NCBI GenBank assembly: GCA_015680685.1
Contig: MNCI01002548.1
Location: 1,558 to 65,557, forward strand
Source of the DNA: Gnetum montanum
Lineage: Eukaryota; Plantae; Gnetophyta
Length of the DNA stretch: 64,000 nucleotides
Direction of reading: 5' to 3'
Under the pieces are notes generated by a model that saw only the letters and a list, made by a program, of their open reading frames with translations, was not told the DNA's origin and searched no databases. The position numbers and the translations under genes are program-made. This document shows positions 26,145 to 39,880 of this stretch, piece by piece (the stretch's first letter is position 1; every line of letters begins with the position of its first letter).

Positions 26145-27280
26145 TAAATAATTCAAGAAACATCATACACCAAGTGACCAATGTTTTATGCGATTGACTT
26201 TGTGTGTTTGAAAGCTTGAATGTAAGGATTATTAAAGTACATGAGGTTCCTAAATTGGGTATTTATTCTAGATGGATGCACTCAATTCATTAGTAGCATA
26301 TTGGGAAGAAAAGTTAGAAAAGAGGTAAGTAATCTAAATTTTAAATTTTGATAGTTGGTCTATGGAAGGATGGATGTTATGGAAGAGGCCATATGACCTA
26401 AGAATGCCCTAGTGCTTACAAGTTACAAGAGAAAGAATCTAGTGAAGAGAGAAGAACAATGAACATCCATACAAGTTAGAGTGATGTTGACAAAAATATC
26501 AATACCTCTAAAGATTCACATCTTTTGTGCATAGCCTTGGCTATTCAAGAACCCATCAATGACCCAATCTATAATGATGAAACTCAAGAATATAGGAAGG
26601 CTAAAAACCTCTACAATAGCTAGGATGAAGAGTTCAGTGAAGGAGAAATTGATGACCTGTTAACAAACTCACATCTTATCTACATGAATCTTGCTTATAA
26701 ACCTCCTATCTCCAATATTGTAGAAGTTGAAGAATGTAAAGGTACCAATGAAGAAAGATATGATATGCTTTGCAATGAAATAATCTTCTTTTAGAAATCA
26801 TGCATTAAAATGAAAAAATCCTTTCATAGTAAAGAACTAGAGATAGTTAAACTTAATATGAAGTTTTCAAATCTTGAGAAAGAAAACTTAGAGCTAAGGA
26901 ATGAGGCATAAAAGCTAACCCTTTTCCATGATCATATTAATAGGGATCTTGCAGATTTGAAGCTCATCAATGATAGGTTAAAGGGATGCTTTACAAATCA
27001 CACTAAGACAAGGTGGAGATCCAAACAACAAAAGAGAATTTAGAAATCATTCGCATTAAGAGACATCTACAAGAACTTCATCAAATGAAGGACATATACC
27101 TTGGCTTGCACATGTAGCCCAAATGAGAAATACTATGTGTTTTTATTGTGGTAATTTTTGGCATAAGGAATCTCATTATTAATTATGGTTAAAAAATTTA
27201 AAATTTACTACATGGTATTATCAAAAAAATCCTAGAAAGTATGACTTACAATGTAAGAAATTTTGGAGATCCAAAGAAAA
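26145..27280 (+). pseudogene. gag: Internally deleted Sirevirus gag remnant, unit 2
   Basis: gag N-terminus, zinc knuckle GCYGRGHMT*EC, coiled coil KELEIVKLNMKFSNLEKENLELRNE, second knuckle CFYCGNFWHK, and KFWRSKE. Confidence 0.75.
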
Positions 27281-29461
27281 AAAAACAATAGGAAGAGATA
27301 ACTACACATGTTAATAAAAGAATAAGAAATATTCAAGTGTCAAAATATTTAACTATAGGAAAGTATTAGTCCCTTTAACAAAGAGAACACAAGTACAAAT
27401 AAACAACAACCTTAAATGAACCAAGAGATTCAAAAAAAGATGTTCATGATAAAAATTGTAAGGATTAGATGCATGTTAGGAAGGTACTCTATGATGGAGG
27501 ACCTCATCCTAGACTACATTAATCATGTCCATGCTTAGAAGCAAGCAAGGTAAGCGATGGTAAGTATGATTATAATTTTTATTCCTTGACTTGCTAAACC
27601 TAGTTTTGATTAGTTTACTTTTATAAATGTTAGTGGTTAGAAAATTTTTGAATGGATCTTATTGGAAATCATTTTATATTTGAAGAAATACTTACTTGAT
27701 CTTACAAGGTTTTGAGTTAAAGATAAAACAAAATGATCTTCAAAGTTTTTGTAAACATTGAATTAAAATTTTCTTAATGAATAGTCAAGGATTGGAAACA
27801 CAAAAGATAACATCTGGTAAGTTAGATTGTTTCATTCTTTTGTAGAAGGACCATCTCATTGCACATAGAACTTATATACCTTGTGATCAGGCTCATATCA
27901 GTTAAATAGTATTTTTTTCTATATTACCCTTTGAGCTTAAACCAAGAATATGTTTTAGTTGCCTCTTTATAGTCTCAATGGCTTTAAACAGATTATGGTA
28001 GAATCAAGTATTTGTGCCTTTAACTATAATTGATGAGTCTTCTAAGAAAGGAAACATTTAAAATAGGGTTTCCTTGTGATGCTCTATTGTCTACATAGAA
28101 AACATTTGAGTCATGCATTTTATCTATTGTTAAGGGATAATACTAATGGGAGACTTTGGCTTTCAAAAGTCTTCACACTTGATCTTAGAATTTCTATGTA
28201 AATGATTATTGAGACAAAAAGTTTTGTTGGTTCCATCTTATCTTTTTGGGAAAAATCTAGATTGCATCTCCACAAGGAGCAATTTGATCCTAAAACATTC
28301 AATGAGAGAATACCACTCTCTCTACAACAAATTCATTATGTTGAGNCTCATGAAAAGACACCCATAGCAATAAATGAGCAAGAAGAAGTTTATTCATATT
28401 TAAATTCTAGTAAAGTATCTAAGGTAAAATTATAAGCTAATTTTGATCCAGTTATTTTTGGATCTTTTACCTTAAGATGGCTTCTTGGTGATGGTAGTGG
28501 GTATTGACATGGAAATATATATTTGCTTTATGATCATCCAGTTGAGGATATGATTGGTTGTTCTTGATCTTTTAAAATATTCAACATGATAAGTTATGTT
28601 GCTTTGATCATTCTTGTGTTTATTGGATCTAAGGCCTTCAAAGTTAAATGTGACATTCCACTTTCATAGCAATGGAATTAATTTATGTTATCTTTTTACT
28701 AATGTTTAAAAAGGGGTGGGAGAGTATTTAGATCTTAATTTTGACTTTTGATGTTACAAGTTTGTAGCCAACCATCACAAATTGTATCATATGAAGACTA
28801 TGTGTTGTGACTTGGTTTTTCTTATATATGTGGATATATATTTGGCTAGATACTTTTGTTTATCATGGCATGATGTTTCAGAGATAGGATACTTGTTTTT
28901 AGTGCTCAACCTTTGGAATTACATGGAAATATTCTTGGATAGTAGGCTTTGATTATATGTGCTTTATATATTATTTTTTTTGACTTGTAGTATGAATAGA
29001 TATGGGTAGCTCTCAATGGAGCTTGTTTTTCTTGATTAGCCCTATAAAACCTATGCTGTAGGATGCGTACTTATTAACTACTATCCATATTTTCTTCATC
29101 CTTAGATATTTATTGATTTATCATATGATGTTATGTTATGTAGATTTTATGGTGAATAGTTTATTTTCATAAATTTATCTTTGGACAACATTTTTTATAA
29201 TTTTTAGTAATATATGATTGGGCTTGCATGTTGGACATATTTAAGCCGGCTTCTGATGTAAACTATTTCTTGCTTACCCTATGTAATAATAGATGATGGA
29301 TGTGTGCCAACTAATCATTTTTCATATTCATGTTCATTCTTGATATCATAGGATCTTTTGGTTTAGATAGTTATGTTCTTATTTTTATATCTTATGTTTT
29401 TTATTATGGACTATGCTAACCCATTTTCTCAAGTTTTGGACATCACCAAAAATGGAAAGAT

Positions 29462-30667
29462 TGTTGAAATTTTGGTATAATAAAACCTTAGAAAATGAAG
29501 AAAGTGGAAAATGTGCTTGTGGGATACTGTAGGACTACGAAGGAACTAAGATAAGAGTAAGAGAAGAGCATGAACAAGACAAGAGCATAACATGATCAAG
29601 ATAAGAGCATGACAAAAGCATGATGTAATTAGGACTAGAGCATAGATAGTGTTAAGACTAGATGATGATGAGATTAAGAGACAATCTTAATAAGATTAAG
29701 ACAAAGAGTATTGTGAGATTAAGACAAAGAGCAAGTTGAGAGCAAGATGAGAGCCAAGTTGTTATTAACCAAAAAACAAAGATGAAAGACATTTAAAAGC
29801 TAAAAGAAGGTATTTTTGGTATTTTCTGAAACATTACGGAAGAATAGTAGATGTCCCAGTGAAAAAAGCTTAGTTTCAAAATAGACATTACATAAAAACA
29901 ATAAACATCCTAATTGCACTTGAAACATCCCAATTTTCAATGGGACATCCTACCTACAAGCAATAACAAGATAGTAGGATGTCCCAAGCTCAAGTGAGAT
30001 GTCTTGGCTAGCTATTAGAAGCCATTGTACAAACTTCAATGATCACAAAGCAACAACAAAATCTTTAAAAGAAGGTGTAACGACTTGGAAAAGTGAAGCA
30101 GTATTCATAAGAATATTCCTTCATTGTATACATTTTCTAAATTAGATTGTCCTTTAATTCTCTATCTTCTAAGAGTTATATTTGGTATTGTGAGATCTTC
30201 AAAGTAAGAAATTTATAACGCGTAGTTACATTTTCTCCTTGATTCTATTTCATCCTTTATAAGCCCTATAGGATTGATGTGATTCTTGTGAGAATGCATC
30301 TATTAAGCTTGTTGGAACCTTGTAGGGTTGAGTGTGTTTCTTGAGAGAAAACACTTTATGTAGAGCTCATGTCATTGTAAAGGTTGTGGAATTGTTGAAA
30401 TTGTATTTGGAGCTTGTTGGAACCTTGTAAGATTAAGTGTGTTTCCTAAGAGAAAACACTCCTTGTGAAGGTTAAACTTTGCAAAGGTTGTGATGTTCTT
30501 GAAATGATATTTTTGAAGGAAACAAATCTGGAGGTGTGTAAGGATTCTACCATCTAAGTGTGGAAGTACCTAACTTGGGAAACGACATATATCTATGTGT
30601 ATTTTTGGTTTTCTTGGTTGTTCAAATTGGTGGAAATTATTTGACTCTTCTAATTTCTCGATGCTCA
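29462..30667 (+). repeat. Sirevirus-type LTR 2 (shared)
   Basis: TGTTG...gatgctCA, with PPT before and PBS TGATATCAGATC (30670-30681) after. Confidence 0.9.
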
Positions 30668-30724
30668 AGTGATATCAGATCTTGGTACTCCTAGTCTTGA
30701 GCTTAACATCTTAGGAGTGAATGA

Positions 30725-31870
30725 TGGAAGGAACATCATACATCAAGCTACCAATGTTTGATGGGATTAACTTTAAATGTTAGAATGCTTAAACACAAGG
30801 ATTATTTAAGTATGTGACATTCATAGTATGGGTATTCATCCTAGATGAATGCACTCAAATCATCAAAAACATGTTAAATAGGAAAGGTAGGAAAAGAGGT
30901 ATGCAATCTAAAATTTTAAATTTTGATACCTATTTTATGGAATTTTGGATACATGATTGAAAAAGCCATATGTCCTTCAAATGCCTCAATCCTTACAATT
31001 TAAAAGAGAAAGAGTCTAGTGAAGGAAGAAGAAAGGAACATCCATGAAAGTTGAAGTAATGTTAAAGAAACTAGAAATACCTATGAATATTTTTAACTTT
31101 TGTGCATAGGCTTGGCTAATCAAGAATCCATCAATGATCCAATATTTAATGATGAAGCTCAAGAATATAAGAATGCTGAAAAAGTTTACACCAGCTAGGA
31201 TGATGAGTTTAATGAAGATGAAACTGATGAACCATCAACAAAATAACATCTTATCTATATGGTTCTTGCACATAAAGCTCCCATCTCCAATATTATAGAG
31301 GAAGCTAAAGAATGTAAAGGAACCACTGAAGAAAGGTATGATATACTTTGCAATTAAATGATGTTCTTTTTGAACTTATGCATGAAAATGAAAAAAGCCT
31401 TGCATAGTAAAGAACTAGAGATAGCTCAACATAATATGAAGTGCTCAAATATTGAGAAGAAAAAATTAGACCTAAGGGAGGAGGCATAAAAGCTAATCCC
31501 TTCCCATGAATGAATTAACAAGGATCTTGCAGATTTGAAGCTCATCAATGATAGGTTAACTAAAAGGAAGGAGACTTTACAAATCATATTGGGACAAGGT
31601 GGAGATTTTAATAACAAAAGAGAACTAAGAAATCAATCCCACAATGAGGCATCTAGAAGCACTTCACCAAATGAGAGGTATACATCCAAGTTTGCGCATG
31701 TCGCTCAAATTAGAAATGCTATGTGTTTTTACTATGGTAATTTTGGGCATAATAAATCTCATTTTTATTTATGATTAAAGAATTATAAATTGATTACATG
31801 GTCTTATCAAAAGAAGACTAGAAATTATGACTTGTAGGATAAGAAAGTTTGGAGACCCAAAGAGAACAAG
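30725..31870 (+). pseudogene. gag: Internally deleted Sirevirus gag remnant, unit 3
   Basis: MEGTSYIKLPMFDGINF... matches the gag start at 13556; also NAMCFYYGNFGHNKSH knuckle and KVWRPKE. Confidence 0.78.
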
Positions 31871-34144
31871 TGAGAGGAAGGGACAAATAGACATGTTGGT
31901 AAAAGAATGAGTGATATTGGAGAATTAGAATAATTAACTAGAGAAAAATATTAGTTCCTTAAACTTAGAGAACATAAGTATGAAGAAAAAAAGCCTCAAA
32001 TGAACCAAGAGATACAAACAAATATGTTAATGAAAAAAATAGTAAGGATTAGATGCATGCTAGGAGGGTACTCTATGATGGAGGACCTCATCCTAAACTT
32101 CATTAATCATGTCCATGCTTAGTATCAAGCAACATAAGCAATGGAAAGTATGATTATAATCTTTATTCCTTGACTTGTCAGACTTCGTTTTGATTAGTTT
32201 ATTTTTATAAATGTTATGGGTTAGCAAATTTTTGAATCCATGCTATTGGAAATCTTTGTATATCCAAAGAAATCCTTGATTATATAATGTGTTGAGTTGT
32301 AGATAAAGCAAAATGATTTTCAAAGTTTTAGTAGATATTAGATTAAAATTATCTTAATGAAGATTCAAGGATTGAAAGCACACAAGATAAGATTTGGTAA
32401 CCTAGATTGTTTCATTCTTTTATAGAAGGAACATCTCATTGTAGTTAGAATTTATATGCCTTGGGATCAAGCTCATATTAGTTAGATAGTATTTTGTTCT
32501 ATATTAGCCTTTAAGCTTAGACTAAGAATAGATTATACTTACCTCCTTCTAGTCCTAATGATTTTAAATGAACTTTGGTAAAATCAAGTGAATAGACCTT
32601 TGGCTATAATTGATGAACCTTCTATAAAGGTAATATCTAAAAAGGGGTTTCCTTGTTGATAATCTATTGTTTGCATAGAAAACATTTGAATCATGGATTT
32701 TATTTGTTGTTAAGGGATACTACTAATGAGAGAATTTGGTTTCCAAAATTCTTCACACTTGATATTAAAATTGGTATGCAGATGATTATTGAGGGAAAGC
32801 TGTTGTTAGTTCCATTCTATCTTTTTGGGAAAAATCAAAATTGCATCTCTACAAGAAGCAAGTTGATGTCAAAACACTCAATGATAGAATACCACTCTCT
32901 CTACAAGAGGTGCATTATGCCTAGGGAAGCTAGAAATAAATTTAGCAAATATGTAGAGGGAGCTTGTACCTCATCAAAAACCATCATCTTTTGGGCCAAC
33001 AATGTATGGGGAGTCTTCTTAGACTCTCAGCAAAGGACACTCAAGTTGCAAGACTTCCCACTGTATCACCCATAGCAGCAAATGAGCAAGAAGAAGTCTA
33101 TTGATATTTGAATTCAAATAAGTATCTAAGGTAAAAGTATAAGCTAATTTTGATCAAGTTACTTTTGAATATTTTACCTTACGATGGCTCCTTGGTGCTG
33201 GTAGTTGATATTAAAATGGATATATATATTTTCTTTATGTGTAACCATTTGAGGATATGATTGGTTGTGCTTGATCTTTTAAGATATTCAACATGATAAT
33301 TTGTATAGCTTTGACCTTTCTTGTCTTTATTGGATCTAAGGCTTTCAAAGTTAAATGTGCTATTCCACTCTCCTAGCAATGGAATTGATTTGCATTAGCT
33401 TCTTGCTAATGTTCAAAAGGGGAAGAGAGTGTTTATGTCTTAATTTTAATTTTTAATGTTATATGTTTGTGGCTAATTATCAAAAATTATATGATGCGAA
33501 GACTATATTTTATGACTTGATTTTTATTATATATGTGGATATATCTTTGGCTACATACTGTTGTTTGCCATGACATGAGTTTTTAGAGATAGGATACTTG
33601 TTTTCAGTGCTCAACCTTTGGAATTACATGAAAATATTCTTGGATAGTAGGCTTTCATTATATGTGTTTCATAGATTCTTTATTTTGACTTGTAGTATGA
33701 ACACATATGAAAAACTCTTAATGGAACTTGTTTTTCTTGATTAGCCCTGTGAAACCTATGCTAAAGGATGTGTACTCATTAACTACTATTCATCTCTTTT
33801 TCATCCTTAGGTATTTATTACTTTATCATATGATATGTTATGCAAATTTTAGGGTGAAGAGTTTATTTTTATGGATTTATCTTTGGAAATAATTTTTCAC
33901 AATTTCTTGTAATATATTATTGGGCTTGGATATTGGACAATTTTGGGTAGGCTTTTGATGTCAACTATTTCTTATTTATTCTATGTATGCCAAATAAGCA
34001 TTTTCCATAACCCTTTTCATCCTTGTTTTCATAGGATATTTTTGTTTAGATAATTATGTTCTTATTTATTTATGTTATGTTGTTTATTATGGACTATGCT
34101 AACTCATTTTCTCAAGTTTTGGACATCACCAAAAAGGAGGAGAT

Positions 34145-35380
34145 TATTGACCATTTGGTATGAAAAAATCTTAGAAAATGAAGAAAGTGAAAAATGTGCT
34201 TGTGAGGTCTTGTAGGATTGGGAAAGTACTAAGATAAGAGTAAGAGATAATCATGAACAAGAAAAGAGCATCGCATGACTGAGACAAGAGCATGACAAGA
34301 GAATGATGTGATTGAGACAAGAGCTTAGATGATGTCAAGACTAGATCATGATGAGATTGGAACAAGAGCTTAATGATATTGAGACATAGAGCATTATGAG
34401 ATTGAGAGAAAGAGAAAGTTGAGAATAAGATGAGAGTTGAGATGTCATTAACCGGAAGACAAAGATGAAAGATGTTGAGAAGCCAAAAGAAGATGTTCCA
34501 GTATATGATAAGACATCCTAGAAGAATAGTAGACATCCTAGTGGAAGAAGCTTAGTTTTAGGCTAGAAGTCTAGCAAAAATAGCAGATTTTCCAATTGTA
34601 CTTGAGAGGTTTGAATTGGGACGTTCCATGTGAGATGTCCTAATTTTTTGTGGGACATTTCACCTAAATGTAATAGCAAGATAGTCGGATGTCCCGAGTT
34701 CAAGTGCGACATTTCAATTAGCCATTAGTAGCCATCGCATGAACTTCAATGGTCATAAAGCAATAACAAAATCTATAACAGAAGGTGTAATGGCTTGGAA
34801 AAGTGAAGCACTATTCATATGAATATTCCTTCATTGTATAGATATTGTGAATTAGTATATCCTTCAATTCTCTATCTTTTGAGAGTTATATTTTGATTTG
34901 TAAGATCCTTAAAGAAAGAAATTTGTAAAGTGTAGTTACATTCTCTACTTGATTCTATTTCTCCATTTGTAAACCTTGTGGGATTTATGTGCTTCTTGCA
35001 AGAAGGCATCCATTGAGCTTTTCAGAACTTTACAGGTTTGAGTGTGTCTCTTGAGAGAAAACACTCTGTACAAAGCTCATGTCATTGTAAATGTTATGAG
35101 ATCCTTGAAATCACATTTGCACCTAGTTGGAACCTTCCAATATTAAGTGTATTTCTTGAGAGAAAATACTGCTTGAAGAGCTCAAAATTTGTAAAGGTTA
35201 TGATATTCTTGAATTCACTTTTTTGAAGGAAAATTATTCGAAGATGTGCAAGGATTCTACTCTCTAAGTGTGGAAGTACCAAAGTTGGGGAATCCAATAC
35301 ATCTTTGTGAATTTTTGGTTGTATTGGTTGTTTAAATTTGTGAAACTTATTCAAATATCCTTTTAAGCTGTTAATCCTCA
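34145..35380 (+). repeat. Sirevirus-type LTR 3 (terminal)
   Basis: Preceded by catcaccaaaaaggagggagat, ends aatcctCA, and has no PBS after it. Confidence 0.9.
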
Positions 35381-36399
35381 TTAGTTAGTCTAATGTCTTT
35401 AGAAATAGCTTCAACCAAGTAGGGAATGATGCCTTCTATTTTCACTATCACATCTTCTTGACGATTATTTTAGAAGAGATAAGTCTCCCTACATTACAAT
35501 TCTTCACTTATGAAAATGGTAGTCCATAGTGGATATCCTTGTTTCTGTGTTCTATCCTCTTCCAATGCTAGGTTTAGGAAGGACCAAAAGTTAAGTTTTT
35601 GAAGAGCTATACATTTGACCTCCTTGGTTCTAAACTTCTCAAGGTAGATATCTCTAGGAGTGACCTTCAAATTGGATATTAGTCTTAGGATGTCATGCTA
35701 CCAAGATTATCCTATCTCTATGATGGGTATATGATGAATAGACTCCACCTTAGGCTCTTCTAGCAATGTCCCAGTGACATGTTATCTCGATTGCTTGTTC
35801 TTATTCTTATGATTGTTGTTTTTATTATTTTCTTTTATTTCTAAATCATTTATCCCTAGTTTATAGTAGCCCTCCTCCTTGTGGTTTCGATTCTAGTGCC
35901 ATCTTCAATCACACAAATAAACCTTGGTCAGTTATTTTGATTTCATCTCTTGAATCTAGATATCTTTTAATCATTCTTCGAGTTAGTTTTGATAGAGGAT
36001 TTGGCTATTAAGCTTCTTAGTGCTTGCTGATGCATGAAAATATTTTATTATTATTTTATTTTGGATTTGAAGGTAGTTATTTTTTTGTATTATTTCTTTT
36101 ATGAATTAGTTTAATATTTTTTAATACCTGATTTATGAAATGTTAGAAAAAAATGTTGGCCAATCTAAGCATTAATGCCCCACAACATACAGTGTACATC
36201 TAGAAGCTTACAAGTTTAAGAACAAGTCTAATAAGATATGCGAAGAGGAAGTTAAGGCTTTGAAAATATTTTGGGCTCTATAAAATCACAAAAAATCCAT
36301 TTTTACTTGAAGTATAATTTAAATTTTGGACTAAGTGTCATGCATATATTTAGAATTTTTATGTTACATTGACTAGGATGCATCAATGTGTTTGGAAGT

Positions 36400-36560
36400 G
36401 TTGATGAGGATGCATCAATGTAGGTTTTTACACCAAATTTGCACTTAGAAGACTAATGAATTTTTGGATAGTTTGCATAAGAAGAAAGAGCCAAATGGAA
36501 GCTAGAAAGATTGGGAAAAGTAGATCACAACAAATCCTTGGATTCTTAATTAAGAATTGG
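36400..36560 (+). mobile_element. Possible hAT transposase dimerisation-domain remnant
   Basis: RFLHQICT*...FLDSLHKKK weakly resembles RILSQTCS...FEHIHSKKRN. Confidence 0.3.
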
Positions 36561-39399
36561 AGTGAACTAAACATTAACATTATGGATGCTAAAATGAAAC
36601 TTGTTTGAAAAATAAAATTAATGAGAGAATAATGTTGGACAATGCATGTCATCAAAATTGTAGGTAGTTGAATTAAGGCACATGGCCATGGGGTTTCAAC
36701 TAGATGATCTGAGAGCTATGTATGTGTATCCTTCCCAAAGTAGATTGATGACTAAAAATGACCTTACATAACCACATCATAAGGAGTTCATAGACACCTT
36801 GGATATTTAATGGTGGTATAGGTTACATACCATACCCATATTTTAGTGTCTTAGGATTGTGTAATTTACAAATTAATAATTATGAGATGACCATGATAAA
36901 AAGCAGCAAGATGAGAAAATAGAATGCTAAAAAGGATTTAGAGAGAAATCAAGATATCAAAAGTCATATTATAGTCATAGAAGATCCTTATGGAATGTAT
37001 GATTAAAGTGATCTAGATACTAGTTTATACCATGTTCATACCATTAGCAGTGGTCTTGAATTATAGTACTCCTTTTCTATCATTATGAGACTATAACAAC
37101 CATAGGTAATGATTATCACTCTAGGAGTAGAAGAAAAGGGAAGGAAGTAGATAAATATTTTAAGAAAGAAATGTGGGGCTTAGGTAGAGGGGTCCCTTTA
37201 GGCATTGGTAACATGTCTTTCTAGCCCCATAGCTAGTACTTATATCCCGAGAAAGTGTTCTTATTCCCATTTTTTTAAAAGTTTAAGAACTACATTATAC
37301 AAAGATGTACTTTCTTTTTGGTTTACAAAAGGAGTGAGGATACATTCCTAAATGAGTCATAAGATTCGTGGAGAGAGTTAAGAAGAGAACTCAACAAATA
37401 CTCTTTTGATCACACCCTTTTTAATTCTATCTCAATTTCTTTTCTATTTGTTAAGTAACGAGATCAAAAGTTAATTTTAGCTTTGGTGTGAAAGAACCAT
37501 AGTGCAACAATGATATAGATCTCATTTTGAGACACTTAGAAAATTTTGCAAAAATTGAGCTTCCATGGTTACTATGCTTGACTACGCTTTAGGGTAGTGA
37601 GGAGTGTAGTCTTGGCACTTAGAAAAATTTGTAGAGTTGGCTTGCCACTTAGAAAAATTTGCAAAACTAGCCTTTTGTGTTGACTACACTATAGGGCAGT
37701 GGAGAGTGTAGTCCCAACACTTAGAAAAATTTGCATCTTCTTGTTTGTTGATGCTGACACTTAGGCTTAATTGCAAAAAATCAATTTTTGAAGTTAACTA
37801 CACTCTCCACTAGGCTAACTATTCTCTTGAGAAGTGGAGAGTGTAGTCCTAGCATTTAAAAAAATTTGTAGAAAGTGGCCTCATGCTAACACTTAGGCAA
37901 ATTCATAGTCAAGATGTTGTAGCCCAAATTTGGTGGTGTTTGAGACCCAGCACCCTTGTAGACCTACCACATGTGGTAGTAGCTAGATTGTAGGAAAACG
38001 TAGGCATTGTCTACCAACTAGTTGGTGTAGACTAGACCTTATCATCGGTTCCCTGGAACCCTGCATAGCAACCCCAAAGCATACATCCCCATAGTTAGCT
38101 AATTCTAAATGCTTAGTAGAGAGTGTAGTTAGCTCTTAGTGTAAAGAGCATAGTTAGCTCTTAGCATAGAAAGCATAGTCTTGAGAGTTAGCTATTTTTT
38201 TTGTAGTTTTCACACTTAGCTATTTTATTGCCATTTTCAGAGTTAGCCATTTTTGAAGTCAACAAAGCTAGCCATTTTTCTTTCTTTTGAAATTAGTAGC
38301 CTTTGGATTTTTCCTTATGCAATTTACTTGCATAATGAATTCTAGATAAATTTTGACATCAGCCTTGAGCACAGTCATTGTCCTACCCACCTAATAAGAA
38401 AACAAGATTGACCACCATACTAGTCCTACCATGGCAGAGCCTAGGCAATTCCTTAGGTTATGTGGACAAGACCTTGAGTATACTGCATTGAATGATGAAC
38501 AATAAAACTTCATCTATGCAAAAATCCTAGTGGGCCTATTTGTAGACTGCTTGGATATGGAAGCCAAATGGGACTTTGAACTAATCCACTAGGATGGATG
38601 AGAGTATGTTTGACATCATCCTACTCACAGAGTCCCACCATTGGTTGTTATCCTAGCTCAATGAGTGGGTGAGCATGACATAGGGACAAACTATGAAGAA
38701 GCCCTACATGAGGAAGAAGATGAGTTCGAAGCTTACTCCAGACACGAGAGCCCCTTCCACACTATCTTCCAATAATTAGTCCCTAATTTGGCTCCCCCTT
38801 AGTTCAATTCACTCATCCTCCCCAAGATAGTCATAACACTGGCATCACCTTTTGACTCTCTCAAGCTTAGTTTGATGCCCATAGTGGCAATGCATCAAAA
38901 AAAATACATGCAATATGATGTAATGGATCCATTTAACTTATCCTTCATGGAATTATCATAGCCTACCTAGCCATCATTTCAAGTAGCAATCATGCTAGCC
39001 TAGCCCTACATTCACATAGGGGCCATCTCCAAGCCCCAACCAACTTAAGTATCCTACATCCTGCTTGTTTTGTTGGCTCCTTCAGTGTTAGTCCTACCCA
39101 AATGTTTATGGATTTCCTTGCTCACCATGCCCATAGCATAGCCAATGCATCAACCACATCATATGGCTTTGAATCCAGCAATCTGGCCCTGTGACATACA
39201 ACCAACATAGTAGATAGCATAGCCATCACAACTAACTGGCGCATTCCAAAACCTAGATCAAGCATTCCAACTAATCCAAACCCTGATAGAAGAGGTTAAG
39301 TGACACAAGGCTACTTCCTCCAAAACTATCAAGTTGGTGGACTTCTACCAAGATGATCCTATAAGTCCTATGGTCCCATCCATAACTTTTCTAACTAGG

Positions 39400-39880
39400 A
39401 TTCCACTATCCTAATTCACTAAGTACAATGGTAAAGGGGATTCCAATGCACACCTAGTGACATTTAGGTCTAAGTGTCTATTACTACAAGCATGGTCACA
39501 TGCCATCATATGCATTTTTTCCATGTCACTCATTGGCAAAACATTTGACTAGTATCATGCACTACCTAGAGGCTCTATCTCCTCTCTAGAGACCTCTTAA
39601 GCCAATTTGTGATGCACATTAGGAACAACTTGAAGCTAGAAGTAACCTTGGGCTAGTTGATGCAAATCAAGCAGGGTCACCTAGAGCCCATGCAAAAATT
39701 TATTGAACACTGGAGCACCTTGTTGAATGAGATATGAGAGACAATATCTAAGATGCATCAACTGGCCATCTTCAAGGGTGTAGTCAATGAATTCTTTAAG
39801 TCAAAACTCTACTGCCTGGTCCTGCAATCTCTAAGACAAGCATTTGCCCAAAGTAAGAACATAGATGACACAACATAAGC
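39400..39880 (+). pseudogene. gag: Retrotrans_gag core (Ogre/Tat type), decayed
   Basis: FTKYNGKGDSNAHLVTF...IFSMSLIGKTFD*YHALPRGSISS...LMQIKQGHLEPMQKFIEHW. Confidence 0.85.

Larger units (their letters stand above)
23764..35380 (+). mobile_element. Tandem array of non-autonomous Sirevirus-derived elements with shared LTRs (about 4.6-kb period)
   Basis: Order is internal 3' part, LTR 24882-26094, internal, LTR 29462-30667, internal, LTR 34145-35380. A decayed AAAAGGGGGAGAT PPT precedes each LTR, a second distal PPT lies at about 24118, 28710 and 33415, and a Met PBS follows the first two LTRs. Confidence 0.9.

Noticed and set aside
12382-35385. TSD around a four-LTR Sirevirus array
   Set aside because: The flanks tagat and ttagt do not match, and the first LTR is more divergent, so a single insertion event is unproven.
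35400-35950. Possible minus-strand gag-like fragment
   Set aside because: No diagnostic motif could be read.
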